In this document: positions 52,430 to 64,000 of the stretch, one piece after another | Position numbering within the stretch: the first letter of the stretch is position 1 | Layout: each line of letters starts with the position of its first letter | DNA from: Mobula hypostoma | Taxonomy: Eukaryota | Length of the DNA: 64,000 nucleotides | Assembly: GCF_963921235.1 (NCBI RefSeq) | Contig: NC_086108.1 | Location: 22,692,001-22,756,000 of the forward strand | Direction of reading: 5' to 3' | Notes under the pieces: generated by a model | What the model was told of the DNA's origin: nothing | Database searches by the model: none | The model's input: the letters and a program-made list of their open reading frames with translations, nothing else | Position numbers and translations under genes: made by a program

Positions 52430-54423
52430 CTATACAAGGCATTTGATAAGGTACCCCATGCAAGGTTTATTGAGAAAGTAAGGAGGCATGCGATCCAAGG
52501 GGACATTGCTTTGTGGATCCAGAACTGGCTTGCCCACAGAAGGCAAAGAGTGGTTGTAGACAGGTCATATTCTGCATGGAGGTCGGTCACCAGTGGCGTG
52601 CCTCAGGGATCTGTTCTGGGACCCCTACTCTTTTGTGATTTTTATAAATGACCTGGATGAGGAGGTGGAGGGATGGGTTAGTAAATTTACTGATGACACA
52701 AAGGTTGGGGATGTTGTGGGTAGTGTGGAGGGCTGTCAGAGGTTGATAGGATGCAAAACTGGGCTGAGAAGTGGCAGATGGAGTTCAACCCAGATAAGTG
52801 TGAGGTGGTTCATTTTGGTAGGTCAAATATGATGGCAGAATATAGCATTAATGGTAAGACTCTTGGCAGTGTGGAGGATCAGAGGGCTCTTGGGGTCCGA
52901 GTCCATAGGACGCTCAAAGCTGCTATGCAGGTTGACTCTGTGGTTAAGAAGGCATACAGTGCATTGGCCTTCATCAATTGTGGGATTGAGTTTAAGAGCT
53001 GAGAGGTTATGTTGCAGCTATATAGGACCCTGGGCAGATCCCACTTGGAGTACTGTGCTCAATTCTGGTTCTCTCACTAAAGGAAGGATGTGGAAACCAT
53101 AGAAAGGGTGCAGAGGAAATTTACAAGGATGTTGCCTGGATTGGGGAGTATGCCTTATGAGAATTGGTTGAGTGAACTCGATTTTTTCTCCTTTGAGCGA
53201 CGGAAGATGAGAGGTGGCCTGTGTTACGAGAATACACATAAAATTAAGATGTTTGCTGGCCTGGGCTAGCATCAGTGGCATCAGCAGTTGGTCTGCCACC
53301 TGCCCTCAGGGGAAGGAGAGATAAGGAACAATGGAGCAGCGTCTGGAGATGTGTAATGAAGGGACGTGGGAGAGAGAGCTGTCTGGAGCGGCTCCCCCTT
53401 TGAACCCTGAACTGTTTGAAGTGATGGACAGGCGATACCCCAGCAGGGGGATAAAAAGGGGACAGGTTCGCTAAGACAGGAACACACGCCACCCGAGGTA
53501 ACGAGACCCTGGAAGCGGTGCGCCTCTCACGAGTGGGTGAGAAGTACCAGACAACGACAAGGGTGGAAAGGTACGATCAGCGGGAACCCGGTGTGTGTCC
53601 GCCCTTGCCTGGGTGCCGGGTTCACTGCAGAGGATCGACCACATCTGGAGGAGGGGTCACAGTCGGTGACCTCAGGTGACATCACCAAGGACCCGCCCAA
53701 AAGTTGCTTGTGAGCAATCTCGCTGGTCTGTGAGTGAAGCAGTGTTCTGAATGATCAGTTGTTCCTGTACTCTCTGTCTCTCTCCCCCCACGTTGTCCAT
53801 CGCCATGGCAACGATTACTGCGAACTGAACTGGACTGAACTTTGAGTCATTTTGAAATTTGGTCATTTACCCCTAGACAACGATAGAGCTTGATTGATGC
53901 TGTTATCTTAATTCTGTGCACATGTGTGTTTATCATCGCTGAACTGTTGCATTTATTATCCTTTCGATTACTGTGTTGCTTGTTTCTTTAATAAAACTTT
54001 CTTAGTTCTAGTACTCCAGACTCCAACTGAGTGATCCATTTCTGCTGGTTTGGCAACCCAGTTACGGGGTACATAACACCTGATAGAGGTATACAAGATA
54101 ATGAGAGGCATTGATCGTGTGGATAGTCAGAGGCTTTTCCCCAGGGCTGAAATGGCTAGCTCGGGAGGGCATAGTTTTATGGTGCTTGTAAGTAGGTACA
54201 GAGGAGAACGCAGAGAATGGTGAGTGCATGGAATGGACTGCCGGTGGCAGTGGTGGAGGTGGAAACGATGGGGTCTTTTAAGAGACTCCTGGATGGCTAC
54301 ATCGAGCTTAGAAAAATAGAGGGCTATGGGTAAAGCCTAGGTAGTTCTAAGGTAGGGACATGTTTGGTACAGCTTTGTGGGCTGAAGGGCCTGTATTGTG
54401 CTGTATGTTTTCTATGTTTCTAT
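52430..54423 (+). mobile_element. CR1 LINE split by a solo LTR
   Basis: KAFDKVPH, SKFTDDTKVG and WQMEFNPDKCEV remnants; resumes at 54079. Confidence 0.92.
53222..54078 (+). mobile_element. Solo LTR (Gypsy- or ERV1-type), 857 bp
   Basis: TGTTA...TAACA termini; 4-bp TSD CCTG at 53218-53221 and 54079-54082; AATAAA at 53990; CpG-rich. Confidence 0.9.
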
Positions 54424-55085
54424 ACAAAGTGGAAGCAGCTCCAGTTCTGTGGGCTTGTGCTCAAAGGGAAATGCATGTTCGGTGCTTTAAATGTCATTGG
54501 TATCCGGGGTGTGGTCCACCGAGAGCAATCTGCTTGCACACTTTCACATAGGACATCTGTAGAATTCAGAAATCACTACTGCAGCTGAGGAATTGGCTGC
54601 ACCATTTTGCATTCAACGTGCACAAACTGTTGATGGCTGAACTTCTAATTCATTTTGTAATATTCACCTGATGCGTTGAAAGTCCTGCTCCTGATTGGAA
54701 TCTCTATAGGTGATTCATTGATGTCAGGAATCTTGAGAGAGCCTCCAGCTTATTCAGTGTTGAACCCTGAGAGACAGCAGAGGGAAAGGACTTCTGTTTT
54801 CTTAACCTGAGTTGAATTCAGGCCTGGGGGTAGGGTGTGGAAGGGAAGTGCATGCTGTTGAAGTAACATAGGAACTGCTAGATGAGAAGGGAACAAGTTC
54901 TAATGGGTTACTGCCATTCTAATTACTTGATGCAATGATATTGGACTGGTTGACTAGTCAAAACAATTGATGTTTATCAATTAACCCACAAAGGGCCCAG
55001 ATAGGACAGTGGCAACATGTATTGATGAAGGGATTTGGGAACTATTAGTCCAAAGTCACCATTTTTTTCTGACCCCTGCTTTGCA

Positions 55086-56480
55086 CATAAGACCATAAGA
55101 CATAGGAGCAGAATTAGGCCATCTGGTCCATCAAGTCTGCTCCGCCACTCAATCATGGCTGATACTTTTTTTTAATCCCCTCCTCAACCCCAGTTCCTGG
55201 TCTTCTCCCTGTAACTTTTGATGCCATGTCCAATCAAGAACCTATTAATCTCTGCCTTAAATACACCCAAAGACCTGGCTTCCACAGCTACATGTGGCAC
55301 CAATTTCCACAAATTCACCACCTTTTGACTAAAGAAATTTCTCCGCATCTCTGTTTTGAAAGGGTTCCCTCTATCCTGAGGCTGTGCCCTCTAGTCCTAG
55401 ACTCTCCCACCATGGGAAACATCCTTACCACATCTACTCTGTCTAGGCTTTTCAACATTCAAAAGGTTTCAGTGAGATTCCCCCCTCACCCTTCTGAAGT
55501 CCAGAGCCATCAAACATTCCTCATATGATAACCCTTTTATTCCTGGAATCATCCTTGTGAATCTCTTCTGGACCCTCTCCAATGCCGGATGTCGTTTCTA
55601 AGATGAGGGGCCCAAAGCTGTTCATAATACTCAAGGTGAGGCCTCACCAGTGCCTTATAAAGCCTCAGCATCAGATCCTTGCTCTTGTATTATAGACCTC
55701 TTGAAATGAATGCTAACATGGCATTTGCCTTCCTCACCACCAACTCAACCTGCGAGTTAATCTTCAGGGTGTTCTGCACAAGGACTTCCAAATCCCTCTG
55801 CATCTCAGATTCCTGGATTTTCTCCCAATTTGGAAAATAGTCTGCACATTTATTTCTACTACCAAAGTGAATGACCATGCATTTTCCAATATTGTATTTC
55901 ATTTGCCACTTTATTGCCCATTCCCCTAATCTGTCTAAGTCCTTCTGCATCCTACCTGTTTCTTCAACAGTACCTGCCCCTCCATCAATCTTTGTATCAT
56001 CTGAAAATTTGGCAACAAAGCCATCTATTCCATCATCTAAATCATTTATGTACAGCATAAAAAAGTGGTACCAACACCGACCCCTGTGGAACACCACTAG
56101 TCACTGGCAGCCAACCAGAAAAGGATCCTTTTATTCCCACTTGCTGCCTCCTACCAATCAGCCAATGCTCTAACCATGTTAGTAATTTTCCTGTAATACC
56201 ATGGGCTCTTAACTTGGTAAGCAGCCTCATGTGTGGCACCTTGTCAAAGGCCTTTTGAAAGTCTAAATATACAACATCCACTGCATCCTCTTTATCAATC
56301 CTACTTGTAGTCTCCTCAAAGAATTCCAACAGGTTTGTCAGGCAGGATTTTCACTGAAGGAAATCATGCTGACTTTGTCCTATCTTGTCCTGTGTCACCA
56401 AGTGCTCCATCCCCTCATTCTTAACAATTGACTGTAACATCTTCCCAACCACTGAGGTCAGGCTAACTGGTCTATAATTT
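55086..56480 (-). mobile_element. CR1 LINE, 5'-truncated
   Basis: DVVYLDFQKAFDKVPH, GVPQGSVL and KFSDDTK on the minus strand. Confidence 0.93.
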
Positions 56481-57439
56481 TTCAGTCCTCTGGGACCATG
56501 GTAACATCTCTGAGGTTACTAATGACTCTGAGTCCCTCTGGAATTTGTCTGTGCAAGTGTTAATTTTTCTGTTGCACCATGGGTTAGGAAGTTTCTTGGA
56601 AAACGTTAGGTGTGCCTTGAATTAATTCAAGCTTGTCCCCTGTAGATGCCATCTGTGCAACTGATATCTCCCAGGTGCATTGTGTAGTTTTTTTTGTCCC
56701 GGTAATGAAGTCTCATTCTTCTGAGTAATAAAATTGGTCTTTATTCAAATGAAGAAGAATCACATCACATCTCCTGGAAGAACATAATAGGGAAATGAAA
56801 TGGAAATACTTGAATTGCGACTTCTAGGCAGAAATGCTCTGGGGATCCCTGTCGAGATACTCATTCCTGCCCTCTGTTTTGGCCCCAAGTGTTTAATCAA
56901 TACTTAACAATTTTCAAACCTTTTGTTTAAATCATTGTCTTCCTCCTCTCCAAATTATGCTTTCTTCCCACCCTAGTCTCTTATAAATCACCCCGTTCCT
57001 CCTTTGTTCAAACACTGTTGACAATGTTATTAGCAATCCATGCTTTGGAACTCGCTTCCTAAACTGTTCTGCCTCCCCAGCTCAATCTCTGAGTTATTTT
57101 TTGCTTGATTTGACATCTGTTAATTGATTGTGTCTCAATGAAGTATATTGGGATAATGCTTCATGTTAAAGGTGATGTATTATTGGGAACGCAATCCTAA
57201 TTGCTTCATCATTAATTTGTACCAATTGCTGTGATCTGTCTGTGGAGTCAAACCTCACTCTTGTTGAGAATTACAGCCTGATTAGAATTATAGAATTGCC
57301 ACATCTCAGCTCTTGTAATTCCGCTCATGTAATAAAAACAGAAACTGTTAGAAACACTTGGCTGATCAGGCAGTATCTGTATAGAAAGAAGCAGATGAAC
57401 TGTCTTCAACTTAATAACACTATGACTGCTCTAGAGTTT

Positions 57440-57725
57440 ACGCAAAAAACAAAAAAAAAGCATTTAGTAAGCAGTAGTTCTGTGGGCAAAAATGTCTTGT
57501 TAGTGAGAGGGGTCAGGAGAATGGCCAGACTGGTTCAAGCTGACAGGAAGGTGACAGTAACGCAACTAACCAGGTGTTACAACAGTGGTGTGCAGAAGAG
57601 CATCTCTGCATGCAAAACACATCGAACCTTGAAGTGGATGGGCCATAACAGCCGAAGATCATGAACGTACACTCAGAAGGCACTTTATTAGGTACTTCCT
57701 GTACCTAATAAAGTGGCTATTGTGG
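57440..57725 (+). mobile_element. Tc1-family transposase fragment with terminal hairpin
   Basis: RRMARLVQADRKVTVTQLTRCYNSGVQKSISACKTHRTLKWMG resembles the Tc1 DNA-binding region; perfect 15-bp stem at 57681-57715. Confidence 0.8.
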
Positions 57726-58969
57726 TACAGTACTCTAGAAAATGCAGCTGAACTCTGGGCAGCTGCCTATTCTCAAATGATCTTTTTTAATTTATATAGT
57801 GATAGTAAATGGGAAAGGCTGACAAACAGTGGATTTAAATAGGTACGTTTTGATGCAGTGCAGACTGATTCTCATGCATTCTATTCCAGGGTTTTTAAGG
57901 TGAAAAATTCCTCACCTCCCTCTGTTCTCCCTACCTTCATTGGGCTTCTAAATCCCAAGTTTGATTATGCCTCATGCCAAATATTTGTTCATATTTTCTT
58001 TTGTAAATGAAAAGTTTATCACTTTTTTCCACACTGCATCTTCACTTATGCTTCTATCACGCAAAAATGCATTAAAGCAGTTCACATATTCAAGTTAGTC
58101 TCAAAAGCTGCCTTTGACCTTGTATAAAAAAGCAAGGAGATTCATACAATCACTGTCAAACTGAGCTTGATAGAACCACATAGAGAGATATCAGAGCAGT
58201 TAGCCAAAAGCTTCGTCAGAGGAAGGAGGAAAGGGACAAACTGAGACATAGGTTAAGTGAATGAGCTCAAGAGCTTAAGGTTCAGGCAGATGAAACCCTG
58301 ATTAGTTAGTCAGTGATGGAGCAACTACAACTAGGTGGGAGCAAGAAGACAAAATTGAAGGAGTGCAGCACTTGAAGAGGTTACAGATTACAGAATTAGG
58401 AAGGGCCATGGCTAAGGTATGTAAAGTAGGGAACCATATTTTGCCTTTGCTCCGAGAAGCCACATCTCATCAAAACTGCTTCTTTCTAACTCCTCTGGAT
58501 ACTCAAGTGAACATTGTTGGAAGACTTTCCACCTATTACAAAAGTGCATTTAGACTCAGTAAGGTGAGCAGTTGGATCTAAACATTACAGTCATTGATGT
58601 ACGAAGATAGAGACCAATATTAGTGACTAATTTGTGGTGTTTCAGGGCTGATTTATGAGCCATTATATATTCCAGTGGTCCATTAAACCTGGTAATTAAT
58701 AAAGCTAGCATTGTAATGAGGGAGAAGGGTACAGTGACGGTGATTAAAGGAAATTGGATGTGGTAGAAACACATGGTGGTTAATGATCTTTGCACAAATA
58801 TATAAGGAAGTTTCCATGATAATATAGCAATTAGACAGAGTTATACGGAAAAAGTGTAGGAAGCTTCAGCTGAGATAAAATGATTTGACCAAATGGTGAT
58901 AGTGTCAACTTCCCAGAAGTCTTAAGGTAAGTAAAGATGTTAAGATAAAACATGCAAAAGAAGGTTGTT

Positions 58970-59395
58970 GTTCAAAGCTCGAAGTAAATTTATTATCAAA
59001 GTAGATATATATATCACCATATACAACCCTGAGACTCATTTTTTTGCAGGCATACTCAACAAGTCTATAATAGAATAGTTACCATAACAGAATTAATGAA
59101 AGACTGAACCAACTTGGATGTTCAATGAGTGTGCAAAAGACAACAAAATGTGCAAGTACAAAAAGAAATAATAATAATAAATAAGCAATAAGTATCGAGA
59201 ACATGGGATGAAGAGTTCTTGAAAGTGAGTCCATAGGTTGTGGAAGCAATTCAGTGATGGGACGAGTGAAGTTTTCCCCTTTGGTTCAAGAGTATGATGG
59301 TTAAGGGGTAATAATTGTTCCTGAACCTGGTGGTGAAAGTCTTGAGGCTCCTGTATCTTCACCCTGATGGCAGCAGTGAGAAGAGAGCATATGAA
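58970..59395 (-). mobile_element. Rex/Babar-type LINE 3' end
   Basis: Matches 40830-40985 plus 43788-43980. Confidence 0.8.
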
Positions 59396-59744
59396 GTTTC
59401 AGAAATCATCAATGTGGGCAATGAAGACCTTCTTACCTCAAAGTCCATGCTGTATATTAACTTGAAGGCATGCTGTATAATTGCTTCAGTGTATTGTGTT
59501 CTGCCTTACATTTCTTTAATGGGACAGATTACTGAGACACAGTACTATGTGTTGCTGTTCCCATGAAACATTACATGCTCCTGCTTAAGGGTGATTTTTT
59601 AGATCACTGACACTGGAAGGACTCGTGGAGCACTAACATGTGAGGCAGCCTGTTTCAGGGGTATGACCAGATGATGGTATCTCCTGCAACATATCTGACT
59701 GAGGCTGCAATGCTATAATAACACAAGAGTCAGTGCCCACTGCC

Positions 59745-60400
59745 TGAAGGTTAATTTGCAAGTTGAATCAGTGGTGAGGATGGCAAATGAAATGTTAGCA
59801 TTCATTTCGAGAGGACTAGAATATAAAAGCAAGGATGTAACGCTGAGGCTTTATAAGGCACTGGTGAAGCCTCACTTAGAGTATTGTGAGCAGTTTGGAC
59901 CCCTTATTTAAGAAAGGGTGTGCTAACATTTGAGAGGGTTCATGAGAATGATTCCAGGAATGAAAGGGTTATCATATGAGAGGTGATTGATGGCTCTGGG
60001 CCCTTACTCACTGGAATTTAGAAGAATGATGGGGAGATCTCATTGAAACGTAACAAATGTTGAAATGTAGATTGGATATGGAAAGGATGTTTCCTGTGGT
60101 GGGGAGTCTGTTCTGAGATTGTGCCCTCTGGTCCTAGAGAGATGTCCATTTAGAATGCAGATAAGGAGGAATTTCTTTAGCCAGAGGTGGTGAAACCTGT
60201 GGAAATCATTACCACAGTTGGCTGTGGAGACCAAGTCATTGGGTGTATTTAAGGCAGAGATTGATAGGTTCTTGATTAGTCAAAGTGTGAAAGGTTACAG
60301 GGAGGAGGCAGAAGAATGGAATTGAGAGGGAAACTATCAGCTATGATGAAATGGTGGATCAGACTCGATGGCCTAATTCTGTTCCCCTATCTTATGGTCT
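59745..60400 (+). mobile_element. CR1 3' fragment
   Basis: RLYKALVKPHLEYCEQF remnant and CR1 3' UTR. Confidence 0.85.
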
Positions 60401-61404
60401 ACTGTTGGTGCCATGTGGCAGTGCGTACAACCTATCTATGGAATATCTTGCACAAACTCAATAACATAACTCTGGCTGTAACCAGAAGAAACATGGTTAC
60501 TCGCTTCAAAATCACACAGCAAATTCCCTTGTACATTGTGCTTGAGTGATGAACATGCTGCATATATAAAGTGTGGTCTTGAGCCAGCAGTTCGGAGCAG
60601 GTTGCATCAGCTAGTTGGCTGAGACTGGGGAAGGCATGGGAAGTACAGAGGGAAAAATTCATCTTGAAACTAAAAAGGAATAAATATTGCATGAGATAAG
60701 CTGTATCCCAGGTTTTTAGAATACTCATGTGATGAATGAATCTTATATTTCAGTAAGATGGAAGTGCATTTGGATGTAGTGGCCTCTTGGGGATCAACCA
60801 AAGGTGCTTTTGTCTTTTCTGTCTTTTTTACGATCACAGGACAATGTTGGACATTAAAGACTCCAGATACTGGAGGTCTATCCCATCTGCAAGCTGCGCG
60901 TTGGCAGAAGAGCTGGACTTGGTGCAGACCATCTTACTGCCTACTACAGGATGTCATTGGAGTTGATGTGCGAAGGTGGTGTGCAGTCTTACAGCAAGTG
61001 ATTGTCTCGGAAGTTTCTCTTGCGATCACAGGACACTGTTGGAGATTGATATGTAAAACGCTGCTAGTCGATTTCCCTTGACTATTGGAAAGGCAAACAG
61101 AGGGGGAGTTGCATGGTATTGGTTGTAAAGAAGTCTAGGCTTCAATCCGTAGGCTTGTCTGTTGTAGCAGTCCAGAAGAGGAGATGCTGGTATTAACGTA
61201 TGGTTAAACTTGAACATCTCACCACGGGAATTGATAGGAGCTTGTAACTTGTGACATGTAGACTGATGTTCAGATGCCCATGTAATTCATGTAGCTGGTA
61301 GCTGTCAAAATTGGAAGCTGAGGTCAAACTGTGTAGGTCCATCAGCTGGCTTTGCCCCAGACTGTGCAATATAATAAGCCGTAAGCACCCTGAATGATGG
61401 CTGG

Positions 61405-61800
61405 TCATTACTTACTCACTGCCCATTACACCGCAATGATGTCCTCTATCTCTGATGTGCAGGACTTCGTTCATTGTGTCAGTATCTTCCTCTTGGTTTT
61501 TACTGCTGTCAGTCATGCAAGTCCCAGGTGCAGACTCAGGAATACCATTGCACTCAGATTTTGAAGGATTCTTCATTGCTGTTTCTGACACGATATTGTT
61601 TTACCAGTCAAGGTTGTTATCCATGAGCTGAACCCCCAAATCTGGAGGATCTGTGGTCTACTCTTTGACCTGTTTGGCATGGGTGACCATACAAGGAGCC
61701 AAAGCATAAAGGCCTGACTGCAGGCAACATAGTTGGCCAGGTCATTGAGACACACAGGCCTCCAACCCATGACAAGATTGTGGTCCTCTTGGAGGGGCTG
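61405..61800 (-). mobile_element. RTE/BovB-leader-derived short element
   Basis: Minus strand cttgtcatgggttggaggcctgtgtgtctcaatgacc resembles BovB-type 5' UTRs (from recall). Confidence 0.45.
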
Positions 61801-62159
61801 GTCATTAGATTAGTGAAATATATATTTTTAGTCATTCACCTCTCTTGCTTCTCTACTAGTGAGATGGTTACATGGGAACATCGGTCCAGCAATGAGTGTG
61901 AGAGTGAGCAATGAGTTGGGGTGCGGACCAGCGGGAAACAGTGATAATGATTGAGGAATGGCTGAGCTTGGGAAGTGTACTGGGTATGAGGTTATATGTA
62001 GGTGGATAGCAATGCTATGGATGTCAGTAGTGTGGATATTGGTGGGTCAGTATAGATTCAGGTGGGATGCTGGATTTATGCTTGGGTCAGTGAGGGTTCG
62101 AGTGAGATAGTGAGAGTTTGGGGAGAACAGCTGTGCTTCAGGTGAGACCATGTGGCTTC

Positions 62160-63180
62160 AGATAGGGCAGTATTGGTTCAGATAGAGTGTTGATTCAGAT
62201 AGGACAATGTTGGTTGAGATAGGACAGTGTTGGTTGAGATAGGACAGTGTTGGTTCAGTTAGGATAGTGTTGGTTCAGATAGGATAGTGTTGGTTCAGAT
62301 AGGACAGTGTTGGTTCAGATAGGATAGTGTTGGTTCAGATAGGACAGTGTTGGTTCAGATAGAACAGTGTTGGTTCAGATAGCACAGTGTTGGTTGAGAT
62401 AGGACAGTGTTGGTTCAGATAGGACAGTGTTGGTTCCGATAGGACATTGTTGGTTCAGATAGGACAGTGTTGGTTTAGATAGGACAGTGTTAGTTCAAAT
62501 AGAACAGTGTTGGTTCGGATAGAACAGTGTTGGTTCAGATAGACCAGTGTTGGTTCAGATAGGATAGTGTTAGTTCAGTTAGAACAGTGTTGTTTCAGAT
62601 ATGACAGTGTTAGTTCAGATAGAACAGTGTTGGTTCAGATAGGACAGTGTTGGTTCAGATAAGACAGTGTTGGTTCAGATAGGACAGTGTTGGTTTAGAT
62701 AGGTTAGTATTAGTTCAGTTAGAGCGGTGTTGGTTCAGCTGGGACAGTGTTGGTTCAGATAGAACAGTGTTGGTTCAGATAGACCAGTGTTGGTTCAGAT
62801 AGGATAGTGTTAGTTCAGTTAGAACAGTGTTGTTTCAGATACGACAGATGTGGCCTGTGTGGCTACGGGGATCAGGGGGTATGGAAGGAAGGCTGGGGCA
62901 GGGTTCTGAGTTGGATGATCAGCCATGATCATAATAAATGGCGGTGCAGGCTCGAAGGGCCGAATGGCCTACTCCTGCACCTATTTTCTATGTTTCTATG
63001 ACAGTGTTAGTTCAGATAGAACAGTGTTGGTTCAGATAAGACAGTGTTGGTTCAGATAGGACGGTGTTGGTTCAGATAGGACAGTGTTGGTTCAGTTAGA
63101 ACAGTGTTGGTTCAGATAGGACAGTGTTGGTTCAGATAGAACAATGTTAGTTTAGGTTGGAACAGGGTTGGTTCAGGCAG
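62160..63180. repeat. 20-bp tandem repeat (GATAGGACAGTGTTGGTTCA)n with a CR1 3' insertion at 62848-62999
   Basis: About 40 monomers visible directly. Confidence 0.97.
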
Positions 63181-63329
63181 TATGGGAGGTGTGTTGGTTC
63201 AGGTGGGAGAGGAAAGAACAAAGAATTCTGCTATTGACTCTTCCTTTGGTGCACAGAAATCCTGTGTGCTCACCTGCCTCTAATCCATATTGCTATGACA
63301 TTTTTATCAAGAAACCATCATTCTCAGGC

Positions 63330-63850
63330 AGGAAAATATACCTCGACAGGTTGTTAAGGGAAAGACTATATGATATTTTTGCTGCCTTCCTGTGAACAGG
63401 GTGCTTTTGATTCCGGTCTGAATAGCCTGGTCCTGTGTTGATGTACAACATGGAGGGGAACCTGGTGTTCCCTAGTGTTTGCTACCTGTGCTTTTTGGTA
63501 GTTGAGGCTGCATGTTTGGGAAGTGCTGTTAGTTGCCCTGGCTATCCAATGCTTTGTCATCCTCTCATCTTTTACCTCAGCGCCACTTTCCTGCACGAAC
63601 TCTGCACCCATTGATTGCCTGAATGCTTCTGGTGATGGATGGGGTGCCAGAAAGATGGAGTGTTTTATGGTGTGCAGAGCTGTAATCTAATCCGTTGGTC
63701 CTGGTCATGGGCTTGCCCAGATCTGTCAGTGCATGTTGTTTAACATTCTTGTTTAATATACTGGAGATTCACCATATTGGTGTTTCATCTCTCAGGGAGT
63801 CTCGTGCTGCTCCTAGTGTGCCTTTCTGTACTGAAACAAGACTGCACTCC
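63330..63850 (-). mobile_element. Degenerate CR1/L2-clade LINE fragment
   Basis: Similar to 630-1100. Confidence 0.45.
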
Positions 63851-64000
63851 TGGCTAATGGTTTAGTGAAGGATAACAGTGATAGGGTGGGCTCAGAGCAA
63901 GTAGTCTATGGTACAATAAACAGGGCCAACTTTCTAAGAAAACAGGAAGCTGTAGCAACTTTTCCCGATAAAAGCAGACCAATTTCTCCAAAAGTCTGCA

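Noticed and set aside
62160..63180. CRISPR-like array
   Set aside because: Contiguous monomers with no unique spacers, in a eukaryotic context.

Overview
Repeat-dense vertebrate genomic DNA. The repeat content (CR1, Rex/Babar-type and RTE LINEs, tRNA-derived V-SINE/HE1-like SINEs, Penelope-type pseudo-LTRs) suggests a cartilaginous fish, probably a ray; this is an inference. One host gene is supported: FAM163A on the minus strand, with two coding exons (16578-16486 and 12780-12415), 152 aa and canonical GT-AG phase-0 splicing. The ORF track shows it only partly. The sequence above 16600 is probably its 5'-UTR intron(s) or upstream DNA, packed with transposons. Notable structures: a four-level nested retrotransposon stack (40715-48870) containing a near-full-length RTE whose two 5' segments are each inverted; short TSD-flanked Penelope-type elements with minimal hammerhead ribozyme motifs; an 857-bp solo LTR inside a CR1; two hAT MITEs; a composite Tc1-hairpin element in two inverted copies; and two minisatellites each interrupted by a CR1 3' end. 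Most small ORFs in the track are TE fragments or noise. I see no prokaryote-type system. TE boundaries without a stated TSD are approximate.
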